Shown: in pieces, positions 24,286 to 31,773 of the stretch | How positions within the stretch are numbered: the stretch's first letter is position 1 | Layout: the number at the start of each line of letters is the position of its first letter | DNA from: Candidatus Scalindua sp. | Lineage (GTDB): Bacteria; Planctomycetota; Brocadiia; Brocadiales; Scalinduaceae | Assembly (NCBI GenBank): GCA_031316235.1 | Contig: JALDRA010000001.1 | Coordinates: 3,240,001-3,272,000 of the forward strand | DNA: 32,000 bases | Direction: 5' to 3' | Notes under the pieces: generated by a model | The model's input: only the letters and a program-made list of their open reading frames with translations | Database searches by the model: none | Told to the model about the DNA's origin: nothing | Made by a program: the position numbers and the translations under genes

Positions 24286-24400
24286 CTTTGTGCCTTCGTG
24301 TCTTTGTGCGAGAATTAGCAATTTAAAATAACTTCTTTTCCTTCGCATCTGAAATCTATTTTATTATTATATTTTCTCACCCTTCGTGTATTTCGTGGTT
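24286..24400 (+). promoter_or_regulatory. Pair of direct-repeat motifs CCTTCGTGTnTTTnGTG; candidate enhancer (UAS) sites
   Basis: TGCCTTCGTGTCTTTGTGCG (within 24286-24312) and ACCCTTCGTGTATTTCGTGG (within 24378-24400). They lie about 110 and 200 nt upstream of the -24/-12 element at 24507. Confidence 0.25.
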
Positions 24401-24506
24401 AATCCTGAAGAACTCACACTACAATCGTCACAATTTTATGACGGATCAACGCATCTTAAAAAACCATTATTTCTTTAACACTAAATAAGGCAACATGTTA
24501 AGTGTT

Positions 24507-24522
24507 TGGCCTCTGGTTTGCT
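24507..24522 (+). promoter_or_regulatory. Sigma-54 (-24/-12) promoter candidate
   Basis: TGGCCT-CTGGT-TTGCT against consensus TGGCAC-N5-TTGCW. The GG (24508-9) and GC (24520-1) have exactly the canonical spacing. It is about 150 nt upstream of the ORF at 24672 and next to a sigma-54 activator gene. Confidence 0.5.
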
Positions 24523-24671
24523 CTTGTATAAATAAAGAATATACAGAATATCAACATGTAATTGCTGTATCAAAGCATTTTTTCTTATATGGTCTTTTAA
24601 TAAAAAATTCCAAGATCGTCAAGCGTAACTCGTAAATCTTAAAATTCTTAACCTGGTTTATTTAGCATAGG

Positions 24672-24914
24672 GTGGACACAGTGAATAAAAAACAGGAAGA
24701 AATAGCAAGAATTATCGTGGACTATATACGCAAGCATCCAGATGCCAGGGATACATTAGAGGGTATTGCGAGATGGTGGTTACATTTAGAAAAGATTGAA
24801 AGTTCGGTAGATGACGTTTCGATCGCTTTGGAAAGTTTAATCAAGGAAGGCGTTATTGAAAGACAGTTAAAAGATGGTTATAAGCCCATCTACAGGATTA
24901 TTAAGAAGACTTAA
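24672..24914 (+). CDS. Small (80 aa) hypothetical protein, possibly winged-helix-like
   Basis: ORF with a GTG start. It has a recognisable paralog at 25307-25588: IARIIVDYIRKHPDARDTLEGIARWWL...LESLIKEGVIERQ versus ITREILACLAERPDAQSLEGIAECWL...LSELVEKGYFVEYE. Confidence 0.55.
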   Translation: MDTVNKKQEEIARIIVDYIRKHPDARDTLEGIARWWLHLEKIESSVDDVSIALESLIKEGVIERQLKDGYKPIYRIIKKT

Positions 24915-25306
24915 TTCAATCTTGGCTACTTTTTGATAAATATAAATCTCACATAAAAATCTAATCAACATACAAAAAATTATTAGTATGGATTTATATC
25001 ATGTTACGAGCAATATTTTTTATAAAGTTGGTACTCACAGGGCGGAGCTGTGTCATAAACATTAAAAAAAACTATTTACGATTTTTATTGTAATGTGAGA
25101 TTTGGAATTTATTGGTTTCTGTATGGTTCTAACTCATCAAGTTTAGGGAATATTGATAGTGATTACATTTTGAATGTATTTTCGGATAAATACATCCGTA
25201 TGACTTAAAAAATTGATTTTCTTTTCAAGGCTGTCAATCTTGATGAGCGGCATGGAAAAACCTTTTATGCGTGGTAAAGACTATGGTGAGCCACAAAAAG
25301 TTTTAA

Positions 25307-25588
25307 GCGAAGAAGTCGCAAATTACCCGCGAGATATTAGCCTGTCTGGCTGAGCGTCCTGACGCGCAGTCACTGGAGGGAATTGCAGAATGTTGGTTGC
25401 TGGAGCGAAAGATCAAGCATAAAACAGCCGAGGTGAAGAAAGAGCTTTCTGAGCTTGTGGAGAAGGGGTATTTTGTTGAGTATGAAGAGGAAAATGCGCA
25501 TGTCTGTTATCGAATAAACCGGAATAAGTATGAAGAAATAAAGGCAATAAGTGACAAACAAAAACAGAACGATAAGGGCAAACCCTGA
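25307..25588 (+). pseudogene. Paralog of 24672-24914 lacking a canonical start codon for its conserved N-terminal part
   Basis: The frame is open from the TAA at 25304-6. The conserved part (from about 25316) precedes the first ATG/GTG/TTG in frame, which is the TTG at 25397. It is either decayed or uses a non-canonical start. Confidence 0.4.
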
Positions 25589-25676
25589 GTGATCTGGGGG
25601 AGAAGGTAAGAGGGCCTTATTGGTCATTAAACTGTTTGAGCAGCTTAAGCAGTTTAATAGAAGTCAGTCTTACTGC
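25569..25676 (+). promoter_or_regulatory. Variant or degenerate third copy of the GEMM-I-like leader
   Basis: It keeps ACGATAAGGGCAAACC and P2 CCCTGA-GTGA-TCTGGG (one mismatch). It also keeps a perfect 9 bp second hairpin ATTAAACTG/CAGTTTAAT (25626-34 / 25650-58) and GTCTTACTGC. ACGCAAAG is replaced by GAGAAGG, and the terminator stem is largely lost. The T-run (25700-6) and downstream leader (TATGAGTT...GTGGCCTAAAATTC) are still homologous to copy 1. Confidence 0.35.
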
Positions 25677-25809
25677 AGAAAATAAGATAAAAGATAAAGC
25701 TTTTTTATTTTATGAGTTATGAATCAAAAATGGTTGTGGCCTAAAATTCATGTTAAGAGGCTTCATCGCTTTGGCTATTAGTGTACACACATGATAGAAA
25801 GGAATCAAG

Positions 25810-26361
25810 ATGATAAGTGTAAATCGCCGATTTTACTATGGGGCAAACATAGCTCTTATGATATTGCTGGCTATCTCAATGACAGGATGCCCCACGTGCC
25901 AGTTTGGTAGAGAGATCGTGATTCCGTCTTCGGACAGGACAGACCCAACTATTACAATGGCTTTTTTGTTGCCTGACGGAAACACCGTGTCCGTAACACC
26001 AGGTTCTACCATCACGAGAGTCGCCGTACCCGGTGGAGGCACCGTTCTGGTTAGTGCAACAGCACAAGATGACGAAGGGGTTCGAGATGCTCAAATCTGG
26101 GCCGCCAGCATTACTTGGACGACAGACCCCATTGCTGGAATTACAACTGTGTCGGGACCTGGGCTTCTTGGTCGTCCGACAGCGAGCAGCAGAGATAGTG
26201 ACGGTCCAGGTCAGGTGGGATGCACTTCACGTGTTGCGCTTCAGAGTCTGGAAGTTCGAAAAACATCTCGTGGGGGTGTATCCTACGAAGTACACGCAAG
26301 TGGAGTCAATTTTGGTGGTAGGACCGTCAGTACACCTAGTGTTAAACTTGAGGCTCAGTGA
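25810..26361 (+). CDS. Putative lipoprotein, function unknown
   Basis: 183 aa with a good RBS (GAAAGGAA). The signal peptide has the lipobox-like LLAISMTGC. The mature part is Thr/Ser/Gly/Val-rich, consistent with a beta-sandwich. Confidence 0.6.
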   Translation: MISVNRRFYYGANIALMILLAISMTGCPTCQFGREIVIPSSDRTDPTITMAFLLPDGNTVSVTPGSTITRVAVPGGGTVLVSATAQDDEGVRDAQIWAASITWTTDPIAGITTVSGPGLLGRPTASSRDSDGPGQVGCTSRVALQSLEVRKTSRGGVSYEVHASGVNFGGRTVSTPSVKLEAQ

Positions 26362-26430
26362 TTATGAATCGGAGCGTGGCTGATAGTATAGTGTTTTAGA
26401 TGTTATTGTGTCCTTAAAAAATTGTATGCT

Positions 26431-26487
26431 AGCGAAAGATTAAAACAGCCAAAGTGAAGAAAGAGCTTTCTGAGCTTATGAAGAATG
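26431..26487 (+). repeat. Diverged duplicate of 25404-25466 (internal piece of the small-protein paralog)
   Basis: AGCGAAAGAT[6 nt deleted]TAAAACAGCCaAaGTGAAGAAAGAGCTTTCTGAGCTTaTGaAGAA. Compare 25404-25466: AGCGAAAGATCAAGCATAAAACAGCCGAGGTGAAGAAAGAGCTTTCTGAGCTTGTGGAGAA. Confidence 0.7.
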
Positions 26488-26542
26488 TAGCAGAATTAAC
26501 TTTATTGTTGCCATGGCAGTTGATTGAACCCCGAGGGCCAGA

Positions 26543-27175
26543 ATGCTTTCACATGCATTGATTATTGTAAGGAACGAGTTGAATAAACATTTTGCAGACA
26601 GCTATGGATCTGGCGCTTCACAGGTAGAATTAAGAAACATAGCAGAGGGGTTTTCAACTACAGGTAACGGTAGTAGCGAAAGAGACAGGCTTTACTTATC
26701 AGTCGTGAATATTAAAGAAGAAAAAACCCTGAAGAATCTACCAAATTATACACGAAACGATGCAACGCTCAGAGCCGTTTATGAAAATCCACCTGTTTTT
26801 CTCAATTTTTTGATTCTGATGGCAGCAACTCACACGAATTACACCAATGCACTATCGATATTATCGAGGGTAATACGTTTTTTCCAGTTCAAAAATGTAT
26901 TCACCCAAGATGATGTTTCTCCTGATTCTATAACGGCTTCGGGCATAATAAATCCTCTCGATCAATTAGAAGATTTCAAGCTTATTTTTGATTTGTATTC
27001 TCCAACCATGGAGGAAGTGAACCATCTATGGGGTACACTGGGGGGGAAACAGTACCCTTTTGTTCTGTATACGCTTAGAATGCTTGAACTGAAGTTCAAA
27101 GCGGTTCAAAGCGAAAGCGGGCTTATCACTGAAGTTGTCAGTAATTTCCATCAAAAGAAAACGGCAGCAACTTAA
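26543..27175 (+). CDS. DUF4255 (Pvc16/Afp16 N-terminal-like) protein; eCIS tail terminator/cap-like
   Basis: 210 aa. The N-terminus MLSHALIIVRNELNKHF... and overall layout resemble DUF4255 proteins. It sits at the head of a sheath/tube gene block. Confidence 0.6.
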   Translation: MLSHALIIVRNELNKHFADSYGSGASQVELRNIAEGFSTTGNGSSERDRLYLSVVNIKEEKTLKNLPNYTRNDATLRAVYENPPVFLNFLILMAATHTNYTNALSILSRVIRFFQFKNVFTQDDVSPDSITASGIINPLDQLEDFKLIFDLYSPTMEEVNHLWGTLGGKQYPFVLYTLRMLELKFKAVQSESGLITEVVSNFHQKKTAAT

Positions 27176-27176
27176 T

Positions 27177-28190
27177 ATGGCTGAGCGCATTGGAAACGGT
27201 TATAAACGGTTATTTGAAATACGGTTGCTCCACCATTACTGGCTGGATGATGGGGCTACGGTGTTCGATTTAATATCAACACAGGAACAACGAGACAAAC
27301 GTTTGCTGTCATATGACATGCGCCGGTTCCTTTCGGTGTCGCCGACAGCCTCAACTTCAAAGTCTCTCAGGGGTTTGGGATGTGTGTATAAGAACACGGC
27401 CTTGGGGTGTGTGGTTGCGGTTCCGCAAGATGTGGTGGTTCCTGTTGAAACGAAGTTCGAATTTGCAGTGACGGTTATTGCCCCTGCTTTTTTTAACTAT
27501 ACAGCGTTGACTCTGCGGCCACAGAAAATTTATGAACTGTATCATAAGCCTGAAGATAAAACTTACCGGTACAAGGAGGATGTGCCTGTGCTGTCCAATT
27601 TGACAGGGGCTTCAAGAGGGACTGGCAGCGATAAGGATCTTTTCCTGTCCGGGGAATATCGTGCTCTTGCCGCAGACGACAAGGTTGAATCGCTTGTACT
27701 TTGGGGGGGCAGAGCTCTTAAACAATTAACCGGTGATCAGCACGGTGCTGGTGCTCAACAAATAAATGCAAATGCAACAAATATGCCTGTATATATTCAC
27801 CAGGGCGATGTTCAACCCATTGTGCCACCCAACGGTCTTGCTGGGGTGCCTTCACGAGGGATAATGTTGTCGGAGGATATTCCTGACAATATATTTGCTC
27901 TTATCCGCTTATCAGCAGTGCGGGCAGATGACGGGGATTTCAGTTTTGTTGACGGTAATGGTCATGTGAAGGCAACCAGCCCGGTTTTCCAAATCCGTTT
28001 TAAGAACCGTGCAACGATATGGAAATACCTCAACAAGAATACGGGCGATGTGATTTCTGCCGAACATGCCCTGCTTCCGTTAACCTATTATGGAAATGCG
28101 GGCACAAAGCAAAAACCGTCGCAAGGTATGGTAAAGATGGTAAAAAGAAATGATAGAATCACCCAGCTTATATCGGAAATATTTCTGTAA
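27177..28190 (+). CDS. eCIS-associated hypothetical protein
   Basis: ATG at 27177, 1 nt after the upstream stop, giving MAERIGNGYKRLFEIRLLHHYWLDDG.... The track's 27135 start would overlap the upstream gene by 41 nt. I recognise no domain. Confidence 0.6.
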   Translation: MAERIGNGYKRLFEIRLLHHYWLDDGATVFDLISTQEQRDKRLLSYDMRRFLSVSPTASTSKSLRGLGCVYKNTALGCVVAVPQDVVVPVETKFEFAVTVIAPAFFNYTALTLRPQKIYELYHKPEDKTYRYKEDVPVLSNLTGASRGTGSDKDLFLSGEYRALAADDKVESLVLWGGRALKQLTGDQHGAGAQQINANATNMPVYIHQGDVQPIVPPNGLAGVPSRGIMLSEDIPDNIFALIRLSAVRADDGDFSFVDGNGHVKATSPVFQIRFKNRATIWKYLNKNTGDVISAEHALLPLTYYGNAGTKQKPSQGMVKMVKRNDRITQLISEIFL

Positions 28191-28227
28191 CATTTAATTT
28201 CAGTTCAGTTAGAAAGGAGGAAATAAT

Positions 28228-29664
28228 ATGCCATCATTGTATAAAACGCCGGGGGTATACATCGAGGAGATTCCCAAGTTCCCACCATCCATTGCACCGG
28301 TGGAGACGGCCATACCTGCGTTCATCGGGTATACGGAGAAGGCTTTTGATCAGGTAGCCGACGACCTGCATTTAAAACCGAAAAGGATTTCTTCAATGGT
28401 CGAGTATGAAAACTACTTTGGTCTACCGCAAAAGGAAGAAAAAATTACTGTCACTATAAACAACAAGGAGGAAAACGGCATAGTTGTCGAATCTACTCCC
28501 ACTGCCATTGTCTTAGATGCAAACCGCTCAAAACACATCATGTATTATGCCTTACAAATGTTCTTCGCCAACGGAGGCGGGCCTTGCTATATAGTGTCTG
28601 TCGGCTCGTATAAGCCCTTTGGCAGTGACCTAAACAAGACGGAACTGGAAGAAGGCCTGAAAGCCCTGGTTAAAGAAGATGAACCGACCCTGATTTTGTT
28701 TCCGGAGGCGCAAAGTCTTTCTACTATTGCTGATTTTAAAGCGCTTCACGATGCGGCTCTTCTGCAATGCGCCTATCTAAAAGATCGCTTCGTAATCATG
28801 GATGTGCACGGAGACAGCATTTCTTTATCCAATCCTGACGCTGTTCTTATCGATGCAGTAGATAACTTCAGGTCATCCGGCATAGGCACCAACAATCTCA
28901 AATATGGAGCTTCATATGCTCCCAACATCGAAACAGTATTGGATTTCGATTTTGATGAGACAAAAACAGATATAACAATAATTACAAACGGCACTGCGGC
29001 GGCTCCGGACAAACTCGATAACCTGCGGAGTGCAAATAACAGGGCCTATGAGCAAGCCAAGGCCGCCATTCGGGATATGGCCTGCAAAATGCCGCCATCG
29101 TCAGCAGTGGCAGGGATCTATGCCGCCGTCGACAACAGCCGTGGAGTATGGAAAGCCCCGGCCAACGTCAGTGTAAACAGCGTCATTAAGCCTGTTATTC
29201 CGTTTTCAAACGAGGAACAGGATCAGATGAATGTCGACGTTACGGCTGGCAAATCTGTCAATGCCATCCGTTCATTTATCGGTAAAGGTACACTCGTCTG
29301 GGGCGCCCGCACCCTCGCTGGCAATGACAACGAATGGCGGTATGTCAACGTTCGCCGGTTTTTTAATTTTGTTGAGGAGTCGTGCAAAAAGGCTACTGAG
29401 CGGTTTGTATTCGAGCCGAACGATGCCAACACCTGGGTGCGCGTGCAGGGCATGATCGAGAATTTCCTTACCTTCCTCTGGCGGCAGGGCGCCATGCAGG
29501 GGATTAAGCCGGAGCATGCGTTCTATGTTGCGGTTGGGCTTGGCAAGACTATGACCCCCCTCGACATCCTTGAAGGGCGTATGATTGTTGAAATCGGCAT
29601 GGCTGTCGTTCGCCCGGCTGAATTCATTATCCTCAGATTCTCCCACATAATGGCGGAATCATAA
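28228..29664 (+). CDS. Contractile tail sheath protein (Afp2-4/Pvc2-4-like)
   Basis: 478 aa with a strong RBS (AAAGGAGG). N-terminus is YKTPGVYIEEIPKFPPSIAPVETAIPAFIGYTEKA. C-terminal region reads NAIRSFIGKGTLVWGARTLAGNDNEWRYVNVRRFFNFVEES. Both are hallmark tail-sheath motifs. Confidence 0.95.
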   Translation: MPSLYKTPGVYIEEIPKFPPSIAPVETAIPAFIGYTEKAFDQVADDLHLKPKRISSMVEYENYFGLPQKEEKITVTINNKEENGIVVESTPTAIVLDANRSKHIMYYALQMFFANGGGPCYIVSVGSYKPFGSDLNKTELEEGLKALVKEDEPTLILFPEAQSLSTIADFKALHDAALLQCAYLKDRFVIMDVHGDSISLSNPDAVLIDAVDNFRSSGIGTNNLKYGASYAPNIETVLDFDFDETKTDITIITNGTAAAPDKLDNLRSANNRAYEQAKAAIRDMACKMPPSSAVAGIYAAVDNSRGVWKAPANVSVNSVIKPVIPFSNEEQDQMNVDVTAGKSVNAIRSFIGKGTLVWGARTLAGNDNEWRYVNVRRFFNFVEESCKKATERFVFEPNDANTWVRVQGMIENFLTFLWRQGAMQGIKPEHAFYVAVGLGKTMTPLDILEGRMIVEIGMAVVRPAEFIILRFSHIMAES

Positions 29665-29798
29665 TCGAAGGGCGATGTTTTGGCCTGTCCACAGACTGAA
29701 ACCATAAAGAGTACTATGCCATGGTGTCTTCGGCGTGGAGACATGCCGAAACATCGAAATGGAAACCAATTTGAGAGATTTAAAGGAGGCATATAAAT

Positions 29799-30638
29799 AT
29801 GTCTGATAATGTTGAGAATAATTTGCGCACCTTGAAAGGTAGATTGCAGACCATAGAAGAGGCAATCGAAAAGAAGGCAATAGAAAAAAATGAATATTTG
29901 AAGACCTCTCAAGAGGAAATCATAAAGAAGACAAAGGAAATCGAAAAGAAGACAAAAGAAAAAAATACCTTGAAAGGAGATATAACGAATTTAGAAAAGA
30001 TACGAATAGAGATTAATCAGATATCGGACGCTTACAAGCAAGGATTAAAAAGTATTCAAAAGGACACAACCGAAATCGAAAATTACCTTAGTTTAAAGGA
30101 ATCTATGCTGGAAATTGCCGTAAAGGATAAGAAGGATAAAATTATTTCTAAAATCCAGGAGGTTGATGAGTCCATACATAACATTAACGAGGAGGTTAAG
30201 GCGCTAGAGAAAGCTCTTCAAACAGCTCAGGAGGGATACAGAGATGCAAAAGTAAACCGTGACAAAAGTCAAATTAACTACAATTCCTTTAAGGCTAAAC
30301 AAAAGGATATCGAGGACAAACTAAAAAAGCTTAAAGATTTAAAGCAATTAATAGTAAAGGAAGAAGACGGTAATAATAATACGACGAATATGTATTTCTT
30401 TATCCAGGATATCAAAATGCTTTTTGAAGAAACGAAATCCGATATTTTATCTGTGGAAGATTTCAAACAAAAATTGCTTGAGGCGTGGAACGGACTCGAC
30501 GCCAATGAAATGAGTGTAAGAGCTAAAGAGTCGTTACTTGAGGAGGCGAAAAAGAAACTTAATGAAAAGCAAAAAGCTTTGGAAACAGCAAGGAAAGATC
30601 GCAACCAGCTTATTTTGGAAATACTGAAAACAATATAA
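29799..30638 (+). CDS. Lys/Glu-rich coiled-coil protein, function unknown
   Basis: 279 aa with a strong RBS (AAAGGAGG). It has near-continuous heptad-like K/E/L/I composition and no recognisable domain. Confidence 0.65.
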   Translation: MSDNVENNLRTLKGRLQTIEEAIEKKAIEKNEYLKTSQEEIIKKTKEIEKKTKEKNTLKGDITNLEKIRIEINQISDAYKQGLKSIQKDTTEIENYLSLKESMLEIAVKDKKDKIISKIQEVDESIHNINEEVKALEKALQTAQEGYRDAKVNRDKSQINYNSFKAKQKDIEDKLKKLKDLKQLIVKEEDGNNNTTNMYFFIQDIKMLFEETKSDILSVEDFKQKLLEAWNGLDANEMSVRAKESLLEEAKKKLNEKQKALETARKDRNQLILEILKTI

Positions 30639-30661
30639 AATATATTGAAAGGAGAATAACT

Positions 30662-31099
30662 ATGGCACAAGAATATCCATTACCCAGATTTCACTTTCAG
30701 GTAGATTGGGGTGGGGCAAAAATCAGTTTTGCGGAAGTAACAGGACTTGTTATGGAGAGGGAGAAGATCGAATACCGGCACAGTGACAGCAAGGACTTCA
30801 ATAAAATCGCCATGCCAGGATTGATCAAGAATAACAACATCACCATGAAGCGCGGTAAATTTGAGAAAGATTTCGATTTCAACACATGGATGGACGATGT
30901 GGCCAACGAGAGGGTAGAAAAACGGCGTGATGTGGTCATCCGATTGTTGAACGAAAAGCACGAGCCTATGGCCGCCTGGTCAGCCTCCAGATGTTTTCCG
31001 GTAAAGGTTACTGCCGCTGATTTGAAATCTGACGCGAATGAGGCTGCGATAGAGAGCATTGAGATTGCCCACGAGGGGTTGAGATTGATGAAGGTTTAA
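30662..31099 (+). CDS. Contractile tail tube protein (T4 gp19-like; Afp1/Pvc1-like)
   Basis: 145 aa with a strong RBS. PLPRFHFQVDWGGAKISFAEVTGL...MPGLIKNNNITMKRG is typical of the 'phage tail region protein' tube family. Confidence 0.9.
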   Translation: MAQEYPLPRFHFQVDWGGAKISFAEVTGLVMEREKIEYRHSDSKDFNKIAMPGLIKNNNITMKRGKFEKDFDFNTWMDDVANERVEKRRDVVIRLLNEKHEPMAAWSASRCFPVKVTAADLKSDANEAAIESIEIAHEGLRLMKV

Positions 31100-31110
31100 T
31101 GAGATGAGCC

Positions 31111-31569
31111 ATGAGTGACTATTATCCGCCGTGGGGATTCTACTATAAAGTGGAATTTACCGGCAGCGACATTGACATTGGCATTGGCCAGAATAAAAAT
31201 GACGTGCGTTTCCAGACCGTGTCAGGTCTCTCTGTGGAATACGACATTGAAGAGTATAAGGAGGGGGGCGAAAACCGCTTTATCCACAAGCTGCCCGTGC
31301 GTACCAAATACGCGGATCTGGTGCTGAAGCGCGGCATGGTAACGGGTTCACAGGTGATCAATTGGTTCCTCAAGGCCTTTCGTGACCGGGAGTTTAAGCC
31401 GGCAGACGTCAACGTTATTCTGATGAACGAAAAGAGTGAACCTTTGCGCACCTGGAAGGTCGCTCATGCCATTCCCAGGAAATGGGTTGTCAGCGATTTG
31501 AATGCCAATGAAAATTCCGTTGTCATAGAGACGATGGAGCTTTCCTATCGTTATTTTACGATTCAATAA
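31111..31569 (+). CDS. Second tail tube paralog (Afp5/Pvc5-like)
   Basis: 152 aa. FYYKVEF...VRFQTVSGLSVEYDIEEYKEGGENRFIHKLPVRTKYADLVLKRGM fits the same tube fold family pattern. Confidence 0.85.
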   Translation: MSDYYPPWGFYYKVEFTGSDIDIGIGQNKNDVRFQTVSGLSVEYDIEEYKEGGENRFIHKLPVRTKYADLVLKRGMVTGSQVINWFLKAFRDREFKPADVNVILMNEKSEPLRTWKVAHAIPRKWVVSDLNANENSVVIETMELSYRYFTIQ

Positions 31570-31590
31570 GGGTAAAAACGGAAATCACCA

Positions 31591-31773
31591 ATGCCTATAG
31601 AAATCAAAGAACTCCATATACGCGTTGCAGTCAATACATCGCAGAGCGGACAACCGGGAGTCCGAACGGTTGCCTCCGGCAGCAAGCCTTCTGCTGATGA
31701 AGCGAAAGAGGCCATAGTGGCAGAATGTGTGGAACAGGTATTGCAAATTATCCAAAATAAGGCGGAGCGCTGA
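31591..31773 (+). CDS. Small DUF5908-like eCIS protein
   Basis: 60 aa. The MPIEIKELHIRVAVN N-terminus matches the small conserved protein found after tube genes in eCIS loci. Its stop overlaps the next start (TGATG). Confidence 0.55.
   Translation: MPIEIKELHIRVAVNTSQSGQPGVRTVASGSKPSADEAKEAIVAECVEQVLQIIQNKAER

Noticed and set aside
25810-26361. Idea that the lipoprotein gene is compositionally foreign (higher GC)
   Set aside because: By eye its GC is similar to the adjacent eCIS structural genes. I cannot compute values, so no compositional claim is made.
26033-26383. 116 aa alternative-frame ORF inside the lipoprotein gene, plus antisense ORFs 25836-26094
   Set aside because: The 25810 frame has an RBS, a signal peptide and a lipobox. 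The alternatives have none of these.
26514-26528. TGGCAGTTGATTGAA, a sigma-54-like element just upstream of the DUF4255 gene
   Set aside because: It has the same defects (N4 spacing, TTGA). It would also place the TSS only about 5 nt from the start codon.
27135-27176. Upstream start (27135) for the hypothetical eCIS gene
   Set aside because: It would overlap the DUF4255 gene by 41 nt. The ATG at 27177 sits 1 nt after the upstream stop. The choice does not affect the product call.
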